DNA of 64,000 nucleotides, taken from positions 2,548-66,547 of the forward strand of contig JAKALF010000001.1 of NCBI GenBank assembly GCA_021813265.1. Direction: 5' to 3'. Shown in pieces: positions 17,710-27,447 of the stretch (the stretch's first letter is position 1; the number at the start of each line of letters is the position of its first letter). This stretch comes from a bacterium. Its GTDB lineage: Bacteria; Patescibacteriota; Minisyncoccia; UBA6257; GWB1-50-10. Under the pieces are notes generated by a model that did not search any database, was not told the DNA's origin, and was given only the letters and a program-made list of their open reading frames with translations. A program made the position numbers and the translations under genes.

Positions 17710-18381
17710 TCAGCTGCGAGAGAAAACGCGGTAGCCTTCGCGCCAGAAGGCACCATCAAGAACATACGCATCCAAGATCCACGCGCGATCGTCATCACCC
17801 CAGCGCGCGTCCACGGCCACCACGCGTCCATCTTCCAATTCAACATAGAAGATGGTGGCGTAGCCATTGACGAGTAGCTTGCCTTCCTCTCCTTCTGGTT
17901 GCTTCATGAGCAGATAGGAAAGGATTGAGGAGAATTCTAGGAGGGAGAAAGGCTTGGGATGTCCGAGTTCCTCGAGGATCTCGGAATCACGCATGTCCTT
18001 TGAAAGCTGAGTCGATTGGAGATTCCCTTGAAAGGCGGGGACAAGATTGGGGATTGCTTTTAGGATCCGATCCCTGAAACTATCCCAAATATATAACTTC
18101 ACGGGACCATTCTTGAAGAATGAGTCCCTTTGAAAGGGCTGGATGCTTATGGGGATCTGGTCCGTGATTAATTGTAGATGTTTCAGCGCGAACTTGGACG
18201 CACCAACGATAAGATCCGCTATTTTTTCGGCCATCTGCGGAATCAGATCTTTTTTATCCTTTAATGCGTCAAAAATCTGATCTTCAGAAACGTTCCTTTT
18301 CTTCAATTCTTTAAGTAATGAAGAAAAGAAATCGACTATAAACATTAAAGCGGCGAAGATTGATGATTTTTTCTGTGTCAT
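17710..18381 (-). CDS. DGR target protein (223 aa, C-terminal variable region, probably CLec-type)
   Basis: GGAGG SD before ATG 18381; ends ...LLVNGYATIFYV...VVAVDARWGDDDRAWILDAYVLDGAFWREGYRVFSRS. Confidence 0.88.
   Translation of the reverse strand: MTQKKSSIFAALMFIVDFFSSLLKELKKRNVSEDQIFDALKDKKDLIPQMAEKIADLIVGASKFALKHLQLITDQIPISIQPFQRDSFFKNGPVKLYIWDSFRDRILKAIPNLVPAFQGNLQSTQLSKDMRDSEILEELGHPKPFSLLEFSSILSYLLMKQPEGEEGKLLVNGYATIFYVELEDGRVVAVDARWGDDDRAWILDAYVLDGAFWREGYRVFSRS
17712..17825 (-). repeat. Variable repeat (VR)
   Basis: Last ~37 codons of the target gene; variable NNY codons between fixed TGG/GCG/CGC scaffold codons. Confidence 0.9.
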
Positions 18382-18467
18382 TTGACACCTCCATATGTTG
18401 TGATGTTCCATCATTTCCTACTACCTTTCGGAAACATCGGAAACATCAGGTTTAAAAATCTAGTATA

Positions 18468-18496
18468 ATGATATAACATATCAGATAAAAAGTCAA
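18468..18496 (-). promoter_or_regulatory. Sigma-70 promoter of the DGR target gene
   Basis: TTGACT-17-TATCAT. Confidence 0.65.
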
Positions 18497-18533
18497 GTGC
18501 TATTTCTCCTGTAACATTATATACTTAACATCA

Positions 18534-18899
18534 ATGAAACTTATCGGAAAATTCATTATCCATGTAATCGCGAACATGATTGCGCTTCTTGCCGCGAATT
18601 ATTTCGTTTCGGGATTTTCTTTTTCGGGAGATTTCTATTCTCTCGTGGTCGTAAGCGCGTTATTTGCTCTGATACAGATGGTGATAAAGCCGATTTTGAG
18701 ACTTTTCTCGGGACCCTTAATCGTCTTAACCTTTGGACTCTTCTCAATCGTCGTAAACGCCATCTTGCTCTATATCCTTGACATATTAAGTTCTGACCTT
18801 ACAATCCAAGGATATGTTCCGCTTCTTCTGGGGACGCTTATCGTAAGCATAGCGCATATGGTTATAAGCGGAGCGGGAAGGAAGGTATATAAAGAATAA
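18534..18899 (+). CDS. YvlD/DUF360 (4-TM phage holin-like) membrane protein
   Basis: IKPILRLFSGPLIVLTFGLFSIVVNA motif. Confidence 0.85.
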   Translation: MKLIGKFIIHVIANMIALLAANYFVSGFSFSGDFYSLVVVSALFALIQMVIKPILRLFSGPLIVLTFGLFSIVVNAILLYILDILSSDLTIQGYVPLLLGTLIVSIAHMVISGAGRKVYKE

Positions 18900-18901
18900 T
18901 C

Positions 18902-19114
18902 ATGCTTATTATCACAGAAATCATCGTGGCCATCGTTCTTATGATTCTCATTCTTCTTCAGGAACGATCGTCCGGCATGTCGGGTCTTTTTGGGGGAGGG
19001 GGAGCGGACGCCTCGTATCAGACTCGAAGAGGCTTAGAAAAGATAATCTTCTGGTCAACAATCGCGCTCGCGGTTGTCTTCGCCGCCCTTGCCATCTTAA
19101 AACTCATCGTCTAA
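18902..19114 (+). CDS. secG: Preprotein translocase subunit SecG
   Basis: ILLQ..SSGMSGLFGGG...TRRGLEK. Confidence 0.9.
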   Translation: MLIITEIIVAIVLMILILLQERSSGMSGLFGGGGADASYQTRRGLEKIIFWSTIALAVVFAALAILKLIV

Positions 19115-19121
19115 CCATTCC

Positions 19122-20723
19122 ATGTCTATCGCCTCGCTTTTGAAAAACGCTATGTCGTCTAAAGAACGCGTAGCTTTTGGAATCGCCTCTACCGCCCTTA
19201 TCGTCTCGGCTATCGCGACGGGAGTATTTTCCGTAAAAGAAAACAGCTCCTATGTCCCCGTTCGGGGAGGATCCTTCAGTGAAGGGATAATAGGACAGCC
19301 TGTTATGGTAAACCCCATACTTTCCAAGAATCAGGCTGATAGGGATATCAGTTCGCTTGTGTATAGCCCTCTTTCAAAACTCGTCTCAAGCTCCGAGACG
19401 GATCCCGATCAAAGGGTATATACTGTAAAGCTCAAAGAAGGACTCCTTTGGGATGACGGAAAGCCCCTCACGAGCGACGATGTTATCTTTACCATAAAAA
19501 CGATTCAAAATCCCGACGCGCGTTCTCCCTTTGAAAAAAACTGGAGAGGGATATCGGTTGAACGATCCAGCGAACTCCAAGTGGTCTTCACTCTTCCGGT
19601 TCCCTATTCTTTTTTCTCCGAGATTCTTTATAAAACTCCCATTATTCCAAGGCATATCTTCTCGGCTATTCCCGTGGAAAACTACAGACTCTCTTTGTAC
19701 AGCTTGAAACCCGTGGGAAGCGGACCGTATAAGGTAAAGAAAATTGATCAGCGAAGAGATGGATTCATAACCGAATATCAGTTGGTTCCCAATCCAAACT
19801 ACGCGGGAGATCCTCCCTTTATCACCAATTTCTATTTCAAATTCTATGAAACGGAAAACGATCTTTTCAAAGACTTAAGACTCCGAGAAATAAACGGATT
19901 CGGAAGTCTCTCTCCTTTGGATAAGCGTTTTGAAAACGTCGGGAACGTCAAACTTGAGAAAATCCCCATGTCTCGATACTACGCGATATTCTTTAATCCC
20001 ATAAACAACCCTTCTCTCAAGAACAAAAGCGTGCGGAAGGCGCTTGATCTCGCGATTGATAAAAACGAGTTGGTAAAAATCCTGGGAGATGGAAACGCGT
20101 TTCCCATAAACAGTCCGCTTGTTCCTCTCTTAAAAGAAAAAAACACCTTTGAAAACAAATACAACCAAGAAACGGCGAGAAACCTTCTTGAAAAGGCTAA
20201 AGTGACAAACCTTTCCATCAATCTCATTGTTCCCAACACGGATACGTTCAAAGCGATAGGAGAATTCATTAAAAACGCGTGGACGGGAATCGGAATAACG
20301 GGTGTGACTATAACCCCCGTTGACCCCGACGCCATCTTTGATAACGCGATCAAAACAAGAACCTATGAAGCGATTCTTTTTGGAAACGCGCTTGAAAATC
20401 CCCTTGATTTCTTCCCCTTCTGGCATTCATCTCAGCGGCTTTCTCCCGGACTCAACCTCTCCTTCTATCAAAACATTGATGTTGATAAGCTCATAGAAAA
20501 AATACAGGAGACACGGGATGAAACGGAACGCGAAAATCTCGCAAACCAAGCCGCTTCTCTCATTGAAAACGACGTTCCCGCCGTATTCCTTTACACTGAA
20601 CCCTATTTCTACCTGCGCTCGGAAAAACTTCAAGGAATGAACACGAACTTGATTACCGCCCCAAGCGACAGATTTTTGAACGTTCAGAATTGGAGCGTCA
20701 TCATGGCGAGGGTTTTGAAATAA
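19122..20723 (+). CDS. Peptide ABC transporter substrate-binding protein (family 5)
   Basis: LKEGLLWDDGKPLTSDDVIFT, PVGSGPY, VRKALDLAID. Confidence 0.9.
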   Translation: MSIASLLKNAMSSKERVAFGIASTALIVSAIATGVFSVKENSSYVPVRGGSFSEGIIGQPVMVNPILSKNQADRDISSLVYSPLSKLVSSSETDPDQRVYTVKLKEGLLWDDGKPLTSDDVIFTIKTIQNPDARSPFEKNWRGISVERSSELQVVFTLPVPYSFFSEILYKTPIIPRHIFSAIPVENYRLSLYSLKPVGSGPYKVKKIDQRRDGFITEYQLVPNPNYAGDPPFITNFYFKFYETENDLFKDLRLREINGFGSLSPLDKRFENVGNVKLEKIPMSRYYAIFFNPINNPSLKNKSVRKALDLAIDKNELVKILGDGNAFPINSPLVPLLKEKNTFENKYNQETARNLLEKAKVTNLSINLIVPNTDTFKAIGEFIKNAWTGIGITGVTITPVDPDAIFDNAIKTRTYEAILFGNALENPLDFFPFWHSSQRLSPGLNLSFYQNIDVDKLIEKIQETRDETERENLANQAASLIENDVPAVFLYTEPYFYLRSEKLQGMNTNLITAPSDRFLNVQNWSVIMARVLK

Positions 20724-20726
20724 AAA

Positions 20727-20751
20727 ACAAGTCGTGAATTTCACGACTTGT
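20727..20751. terminator. Palindrome/bidirectional terminator
   Basis: ACAAGTCGTGAA-t-TTCACGACTTGT between convergent genes. Confidence 0.7.
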
Positions 20752-20758
20752 AACAGTA

Positions 20759-21976
20759 TTAATTAGTCCCTAAAAAGGATGAAAAAGTCTTATTTTTCTC
20801 TAAATATTTCATGACTTTTTCTTCTTTAGGAAATTCCCCATATGAGGATAAGATAAAGACAATGTCTTTATCTTGATTTTCAATATACACAATGGGATCG
20901 TTTTTTATAACACCGGAAATTGCGTTAACAATTTCCTCTTTGTTTAAAACAATCGCCCCCAAACATGCCGCTATTTTTATAGAAAGATTATTTTGCCTTG
21001 CAAGACGAAGAACGTTTATAAAATGTTCGGTAGGTCTTGGCGCGAATCTAATCTTCACCCTCTCTTCTTCTCTTTCTGAAAGACTATCAACCATTTCAGA
21101 GAACGCGAACTTCACTACGGCATTTTTTGGTAAAAATCTTACCAAAACTTTCACTAAAACTGGAAAATTAATTTCGGACAAAAGAAGACATAACACGCTA
21201 AAGAACGAAAACATTATGATCATTATGTAATTTTCCATAGTTTTCAGAATAGTTGGGGCTAAAGAAATAAGAGAGGTGAGAATAATCCATGATAAAGATA
21301 AAGAAGAAGTAAAAAAAATACTAATTTTCTCCTTAAATCCTTCCTTTATTGCCTTTCTTCCTAAACCTGAAAATAAAAGATAAAGAGAAAGGAAAAAAAA
21401 TGGACCGCAGAAAAAGAGTATGCCAACGGCGGCAGAACCCCAAATTCCCATGTTAAACAAAGAATAAGCGAGTCCTGTTGAGATAAAAGAAAAAAGCGCG
21501 AGAAAAAAATATAAGAGAAAATTCAAAGGCGGGGTTGTACCAGTTTTTCCGTAGCAATCGATGTTTTCAAATCGATATAATCCTGCCTTTTTACAAATCC
21601 CCTTCCAAAGATGTTTAGGAAGGGTTGCTATAGGATTCAGTCCCATGTTTGAAAGATAAGTTTCAAATTTGGCTTTTTGAGAAAGAAAGGCGTCTACCTT
21701 TTCTTTTTTCTTTTCCTCTGCGGCGATTTGTTCTTTTTTTTGAATCGCTTTCCGCAACGCTTCCGGATCAGAAACAAAAACCTCCTTGGTTGAAATTTCC
21801 ATCTCAAAACCATAGAAGTTTTCTTGTTTTTTTTCTTGAGTCTTAATTTTTTTCTTCTCAAGATCTTCTACTTCGGAGCGAAAAGAAGATATTGTATTTT
21901 CGCTCTCTATAACTTCATTAGCCGCTTTTTCAAGCACTAACAAGTTAACACTACTTAAAAAATCTTCCGATTTCAT
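20759..21976 (-). CDS. Hypothetical membrane protein (coiled N-terminus, ~4 TM)
   Basis: 405-aa AT-rich ORF; GAGGT SD; promoter TTGACT-17-TATAGT at 22054-22026. Confidence 0.75.
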   Translation of the reverse strand: MKSEDFLSSVNLLVLEKAANEVIESENTISSFRSEVEDLEKKKIKTQEKKQENFYGFEMEISTKEVFVSDPEALRKAIQKKEQIAAEEKKKEKVDAFLSQKAKFETYLSNMGLNPIATLPKHLWKGICKKAGLYRFENIDCYGKTGTTPPLNFLLYFFLALFSFISTGLAYSLFNMGIWGSAAVGILFFCGPFFFLSLYLLFSGLGRKAIKEGFKEKISIFFTSSLSLSWIILTSLISLAPTILKTMENYIMIIMFSFFSVLCLLLSEINFPVLVKVLVRFLPKNAVVKFAFSEMVDSLSEREEERVKIRFAPRPTEHFINVLRLARQNNLSIKIAACLGAIVLNKEEIVNAISGVIKNDPIVYIENQDKDIVFILSSYGEFPKEEKVMKYLEKNKTFSSFLGTN

Positions 21977-22312
21977 GTTTTACCTCTTAATTTGTGAGAA
22001 AAATTGATTTAAAAATGCTGTGTAAACTATAAACCGAAAAGTTGAAAAAGTCAAATGTTTTCTGGATGGGATAGTAAGCAGCTTCCTGTGTGATTCTACA
22101 GCTACCTATACAAGGTGACACTTTAGAAGAGTAACCGTACAACCTTTGTCACCTCAATCCGCCGAGAATGTAACCCCATATGGGTAACTGTACGTAGATT
22201 TGACATTTTAAAGAATTAGGTTACAATGGTTTTAAAGTTGTCCCTCCTAAAAAGACATTTACCAAAAACAGATGTGAGTCGTTTTTAGATATCCATATAA
22301 TTCATATCTGTC

Positions 22313-22399
22313 GCTGAGGTGGCGGAACTGGCAGACGCACCGGGTTCAGGGCTCGGCGGGAGCGATCCCTTGGGAGTTCAAATCTCCCCCTCAGCACCA
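22313..22399 (+). tRNA. tRNA-Leu(CAG)
   Basis: Long variable arm; CCGGG-TTCAGGG-CTCGG; CCA encoded; promoter TTGACA-16-TACAAT at 22200-22227. Confidence 0.95.
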
Positions 22400-22505
22400 T
22401 TGAAATAACGCTCAAAAAACGTTGCTTTCAATATAAATACATTTCTTTCGATTTAACTGCTAATCACGGTTTGTAACTGGAAATTAGCTTTTAAACGCTG
22501 GAAAT

Positions 22506-24278
22506 ATGACAAGTATGGTTTCAACAAAAACCACACGAGGAGCCTCTTCTCAAAGAAGAAGAGCTCCGTATAAACCTACGACATCAAAGGTCGCGCGCGA
22601 CTCTCAAGAAGACGTGCTTCGCTTTATCCCCCTTGGCGGATTTGAAGAAATCGGAAGAAATATGATGCTTTTCGAATACAAGGACGAGATCCTTGTTATT
22701 GACGCCGGACTTCAATTCCCCGAACGAGAAACTCCCGGAGTAGACTATATCATCCCGAACGTCTCGTATCTTGCGGAACGCAAGGAAAACATTAAAGGCA
22801 TCATCATAACCCATGGCCACTATGACCACATCGGGGCGATTCCCCACGTCTTGGAAAAACTTGGAAACCCCACCTTTTATACCACGCGTCTCACGAAAGA
22901 AATTATCATGAAACGCCAAGAAGACTACCCCAACTCTCCGAAACCCATATTTGAAGTGGTAAAAGCCGGAGATGACGCGACCATCGGAAAATATTTTGAA
23001 GTAAAATTCTTCGATGTCGTGCACAATATCCCCGACGGATTCGGCATGATCATCAAAACTCCGATCGGTAACGTTGTTCATCCGGGAGAATTCAAATTCG
23101 ACTATGATCGAGAAGGAAAACCCAAAGGTCTTGAGGTTTGGAAACAAGTCGGAGACCAGGGAATCCACACGCTTCTTTTGGACTCAACGGGAGCGGAAAC
23201 TCCGGGACACTCGCTCTCGGAACGCGTGGTCGAATCAGAGCTTGAAAAACTCTTCAAATCGGTGAAAGGAAGAATCCTCGTGGGAAGTTTTGCTTCCCTT
23301 CTTGATCGTTTGGGGGAGATTATAAAAATAGCGGAAAAACTGGGAAGGAAGGTAGCGATAAGCGGAAGATCCATGAAAACAAACATACAGATAGCCGAGA
23401 ATCTCGGGTATCTGAAGTTTGATAAAGGAACGATTGTCCCCTTGGAAGATATTAACAAATATCATGATGAAAACCTTCTCCTTCTTTGCACGGGAGCCCA
23501 AGGGGAAGCAAACGCAAGTTTCGCCCGAATCGCGAACGGGGAACATAAACAAATAAGACTAAAACCAACCGATACGGTTATTCTTTCATCCTCGGTCGTC
23601 CCGGGAAACGAAAAAAGCGTTCAAGACTTGAAAGATAATCTCGCGAGACAAGGAGCCACTATCTATCACTATAAAATGCTTGACATTCATTCCTCGGGAC
23701 ACGCTCCTCAGGAGGAATTAAAAACGGTCATGAAACTCATTCATCCAAAATTCTTCATTCCCATGCACGGATATTACTTCATGAGACAAAGAAACGCTCA
23801 TCTCGCTCAGGAAGTCTTGGGACTTAAACCCGAACACACGATCTTGGGCGATAACGGACTCGTGATTGAGTTAAGAAAAGACTCAGCGAAACTCACCGAC
23901 GAACAAGTCCCCGCTTACTACGTCATGGTTGACGGGTTGGGAGTCGGAGACGTGGGAGAAGTCGTTCTTCGAGATCGTATCACTCTCTCGCAAGAAGGCA
24001 TGATCGTGATCATCACGACCGTCTCCAAACAAGGAGGAAAGATTCTCAAGAATCCCGACATTATCTCTCGCGGATTCATCTATCTTAAGGAAAATCAGCC
24101 TCTTTTGGATGATGTGCGAAGAAAAATCAGATCCCTTGTCGGAAGAATACCCAGTAATTACAAACAATCCATTGACGCGGATTACGTGAAAACCATTATC
24201 CGCGATCAGATCGGACAGTTTTTGTATAACAAAACCAAGAGGAGACCCATGATTTTGCCCGTGATTATTGAGGTATAA
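22506..24278 (+). CDS. rnj: Ribonuclease J
   Basis: PLGGFEEIGRNM, THGHYDHIG, HSSGHA, RRPMILP. Confidence 0.96.
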   Translation: MTSMVSTKTTRGASSQRRRAPYKPTTSKVARDSQEDVLRFIPLGGFEEIGRNMMLFEYKDEILVIDAGLQFPERETPGVDYIIPNVSYLAERKENIKGIIITHGHYDHIGAIPHVLEKLGNPTFYTTRLTKEIIMKRQEDYPNSPKPIFEVVKAGDDATIGKYFEVKFFDVVHNIPDGFGMIIKTPIGNVVHPGEFKFDYDREGKPKGLEVWKQVGDQGIHTLLLDSTGAETPGHSLSERVVESELEKLFKSVKGRILVGSFASLLDRLGEIIKIAEKLGRKVAISGRSMKTNIQIAENLGYLKFDKGTIVPLEDINKYHDENLLLLCTGAQGEANASFARIANGEHKQIRLKPTDTVILSSSVVPGNEKSVQDLKDNLARQGATIYHYKMLDIHSSGHAPQEELKTVMKLIHPKFFIPMHGYYFMRQRNAHLAQEVLGLKPEHTILGDNGLVIELRKDSAKLTDEQVPAYYVMVDGLGVGDVGEVVLRDRITLSQEGMIVIITTVSKQGGKILKNPDIISRGFIYLKENQPLLDDVRRKIRSLVGRIPSNYKQSIDADYVKTIIRDQIGQFLYNKTKRRPMILPVIIEV

Positions 24279-24341
24279 CGAAGAAAATCAGCACATACTA
24301 CATGTGCTGATTTTTTTATTTTGTTTTACAATAATCATGTT

Positions 24342-25574
24342 ATGTCTCGAAGAAAAAAACCTGATTTGATATTCCCTAAAGGGTTTCTATGGGGAGCCTC
24401 AACGAGTTCTCATCAGGTTGAGGGAAATACGCGTAACGAATGGAGCGAGTGGGAACTTTCAGAGTCCCGCGTGAGAGATCTCGAGCGTAGAGGACTCATA
24501 CGGCAATACGGTCTTGAAACCTACGTGTCGGGAAAAGCGTGCGATCACTATAATCGCTTTGAAAAAGATTTTAACCTCGCGAAAAAACTGGGTCACAACG
24601 CTCATCGGTTTTCCTTAGAATGGTCGCGTGTTGAACCGGAAAAAGGCGTCTTTGATGAAAGAGAAATCAAGCATTATAAACAAGTCGTAAAAACATTAAA
24701 AGACTTGGGAATAGAACCGTTCGTAACTCTTTGGCATTGGACCCTTCCCTTATGGCTTGTCCGTGAAGGCGGCTGGGAATCAAAACACGCGCCTCACTAT
24801 TTCACTCGTTTCGTGGAGCGAATGGTTTCGGCTCTCGGAAAAGACGTGGCGTTTTGGATAACGATAAACGAACCTGAAATATACGCTTCTTTCTCCTACC
24901 TAAAAGGCGAGTGGCCCCCCGAGAAAACAAACCCCCTGACTTTTTTGAAGGTTATTAAAAATCTCATAGCGGGACATAAAAAGGCGTATGAGGTGATAAA
25001 ACGGTATTCCAAAGAAGCTTCGGTTGGTATAGCAAAAAATAACACATATTTTGAGGCCTCTCACGGATGGGCAAACAAAATCGTAAAACAAATCTCCGAT
25101 AGATTTTGGAATTTCTGGTTTTTAAACGCCATACAAAAGCATCAGGATTTTATAGGCTTAAATTATTATTTCCACAGCGTCATACGGAACGGGTTTAATA
25201 AAAACAAGAACAAGCTCGTATCTGATCTTGGATGGGAATTGTATCCCGAAGGAATCTATCATTGCCTCAAAGACCTGGGGAAATATGAGAGGCCTATCTA
25301 TATAACCGAAAACGGCCTTGCTGACGCGCGCGATAAACATCGCTCATGGTTTATAAAAAAAACATTATTCTATATCCACAAAGCGATCCAAGAAGGAAGT
25401 GATGTCCGTGGATACCTCCACTGGTCACTTATGGACAACTTTGAGTGGGCTCATGGTTTTCTCCCGCGTTTTGGGCTTATAGAAATAGATTATAAAAAAC
25501 AAAAACGCGTTCCGCGTCCTTCGGCAATGTTATACCAAGAAATCATTAAACAAAACGGGATCATTACATCATGA
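24342..25574 (+). CDS. GH1 beta-glucosidase-like glycoside hydrolase
   Basis: FPKGFLWGASTSSHQVEG, TINEP, ITENG, WSLMDNFEW. Confidence 0.95.
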   Translation: MSRRKKPDLIFPKGFLWGASTSSHQVEGNTRNEWSEWELSESRVRDLERRGLIRQYGLETYVSGKACDHYNRFEKDFNLAKKLGHNAHRFSLEWSRVEPEKGVFDEREIKHYKQVVKTLKDLGIEPFVTLWHWTLPLWLVREGGWESKHAPHYFTRFVERMVSALGKDVAFWITINEPEIYASFSYLKGEWPPEKTNPLTFLKVIKNLIAGHKKAYEVIKRYSKEASVGIAKNNTYFEASHGWANKIVKQISDRFWNFWFLNAIQKHQDFIGLNYYFHSVIRNGFNKNKNKLVSDLGWELYPEGIYHCLKDLGKYERPIYITENGLADARDKHRSWFIKKTLFYIHKAIQEGSDVRGYLHWSLMDNFEWAHGFLPRFGLIEIDYKKQKRVPRPSAMLYQEIIKQNGIITS

Positions 25575-27409
25575 GCTATGTCCTTATATCCCTTTTAGCG
25601 TATGTTCTAAATGGCGTAGCGGTATTAACCGACAAGTTTTTACTTACCAAAAAAATCCCTCATCCGATTTCATATGTTTTTTACATAAGCGCGATAAGTC
25701 TCGTAGTATTATTCGCGCTTCCCTTCGCGCCCGTCCCAGGCGCTTCGGTGATGATACTCATTTCAATATCAACGCTTCTCTGGACTGCGGGAGCGTATTT
25801 TCTTTTCTCCGCCTTAAAGACCGGTCTTGCGTCACGAGTCGCTCCGATTATAGGCACCCTTACGCCAATCTTTCTCATCGTCTACTACTCGTTCCTTGAA
25901 ACATCAATCTCCCTCAATCAAACGTGGGGAGCTATCATCGCGACCCTCGGTATGACTATTCTCATCCTCCATGACATAAGACATGGGGGAAGAAGAGAAA
26001 AAACGGAAGAGAGAAAAGAACTGATACTCGAGATAGCCTCGGCTCTTCTTTTTGCCGCGTCATATGTCATCCTGAAAGAAGCTTATGAAACCATATCATT
26101 CTTGAGCGCCCTCGTCTGGTCCCGTTTTATCCTCATTCCCATAGGAATAACGATTCTCGTCATCCCCTCCCTTAAAAAACATATTTTCGCGTCAAAGGAA
26201 GACGCCATAAAACCATTTTCAAAAACAGGACTCATCTTCTTCTTTGGACAATTAAGCGGGGGGTTGTCTCAGATTCTCATTCTTTTCTCGATCTCGCTCG
26301 CGAACCCCGCGCTCGTAAACTCGCTTCAAGGAACGCAATACGCCTTTCTTTTTCTTGTAAGTCTTTGTCTTAAAAAGAAATTCCCAAAAAGCTTCAATGA
26401 AAATTATTCCTGGAAAATTATCACTCAAAAAGTATTAGGAATTCTTCTCATAGCAATGGGATTGTACGCTATGACCTTCACGGAAAGCAAGGTAAAAAAA
26501 GTAGAACTCGGAATAACGTTTTCTCCCCGCTACGCGGAGGAATTACACATGAATCCCAGATCTCTTTTCGAACGCGTCATACAAGATCTTCACCCTCAAA
26601 AGATCCGTATCCCCGTATACTGGGATGAGATACAACCTAACGCGACAAGCTCTCCTAATTTTTCCCATCTTGACTTCTATGTCCGCCGAGCGGAAGAAAA
26701 GGGCGTTAAACTCATCCTCGCTCTAGGCTATAAAGTGCCGCGATATCCCGAATGCTTCATTCCCCCGTGGGCGGAGCGTCTCAAAGAGAAAGATTTTAAC
26801 GCGGCTCTCCTTCGGGAAATCGGGATGGTTGTTGAGCGATACAAACACTCCCCCGCGATCAAGGCATGGCAAGTGGAAAACGAGCCTTTCTTTCCTTTCG
26901 GACAATGTTCTCCGTCAATAAGCGGAGATCGGTTGAAATTAGAAATAAATGAAGCGCGTAAACGGGACCCTCTCCATCCCGTCATGATTACGGAATCGGG
27001 AGAGTTTGGTTTTTGGCCCATAACCCCTCAAAACGTGGACATATTGGGAATATCGTTATATCGCAGGCAACTAAGCCCTTACATACCTTGGTTTAAGTCC
27101 CCTCTTCCGCCTCTTTTTTATGAAATAAAGGCTAAGATGTTTAAATTCCTTCATGGGAGAAATAAAAATGTTATCGTGTCGGAGCTTCAAATGGAACCTT
27201 GGGCGAACGACCCTCTCACGGAAACCTCGATTCCCTATCAAATACGCGTCATGCCTCTAAAAGACATGGGAAACAATATCCAATTCAGCAAAGACGCGGG
27301 CTTTCGCGAGGTATACTCTTGGGGCGTTGAATGGTGGTATTATATGGAAAAACAAGGGCATCCGGAGTACCTAAACACGGCTATCCAACTGTTTCAACAT
27401 GAAAAATAG
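25571..27409 (+). CDS. EamA/DMT-like transporter fused to a clan GH-A glycoside hydrolase
   Basis: ~10 TM N-terminal half; C-terminal IRIPVYWDEIQP, WQVENEP, VSELQMEPW. Confidence 0.8.
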   Translation: MSYVLISLLAYVLNGVAVLTDKFLLTKKIPHPISYVFYISAISLVVLFALPFAPVPGASVMILISISTLLWTAGAYFLFSALKTGLASRVAPIIGTLTPIFLIVYYSFLETSISLNQTWGAIIATLGMTILILHDIRHGGRREKTEERKELILEIASALLFAASYVILKEAYETISFLSALVWSRFILIPIGITILVIPSLKKHIFASKEDAIKPFSKTGLIFFFGQLSGGLSQILILFSISLANPALVNSLQGTQYAFLFLVSLCLKKKFPKSFNENYSWKIITQKVLGILLIAMGLYAMTFTESKVKKVELGITFSPRYAEELHMNPRSLFERVIQDLHPQKIRIPVYWDEIQPNATSSPNFSHLDFYVRRAEEKGVKLILALGYKVPRYPECFIPPWAERLKEKDFNAALLREIGMVVERYKHSPAIKAWQVENEPFFPFGQCSPSISGDRLKLEINEARKRDPLHPVMITESGEFGFWPITPQNVDILGISLYRRQLSPYIPWFKSPLPPLFYEIKAKMFKFLHGRNKNVIVSELQMEPWANDPLTETSIPYQIRVMPLKDMGNNIQFSKDAGFREVYSWGVEWWYYMEKQGHPEYLNTAIQLFQHEK

Positions 27410-27447
27410 GGCTTCAAGATTTCTCTAACATCATATATACTATTTTC

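Larger units (their letters stand above)
15887..18496 (-). mobile_element. Diversity-generating retroelement (target/VR - TR-position repeat - antisense avd - RT)
   Basis: DGR-type RT, Avd-like gene and a 114-nt repeat pair with mismatches concentrated at codon positions 1-2. Confidence 0.92.

Noticed and set aside
18534-18899. Holin indicating a prophage around the DGR
   Set aside because: YvlD/DUF360 family is a common chromosomal gene, here in an operon with secG; no phage genes nearby
22064-22190. SRP or 6S RNA
   Set aside because: An AGGAAGC-like string is present, but the SRP domain IV loop and 6S-like long duplex could not be built
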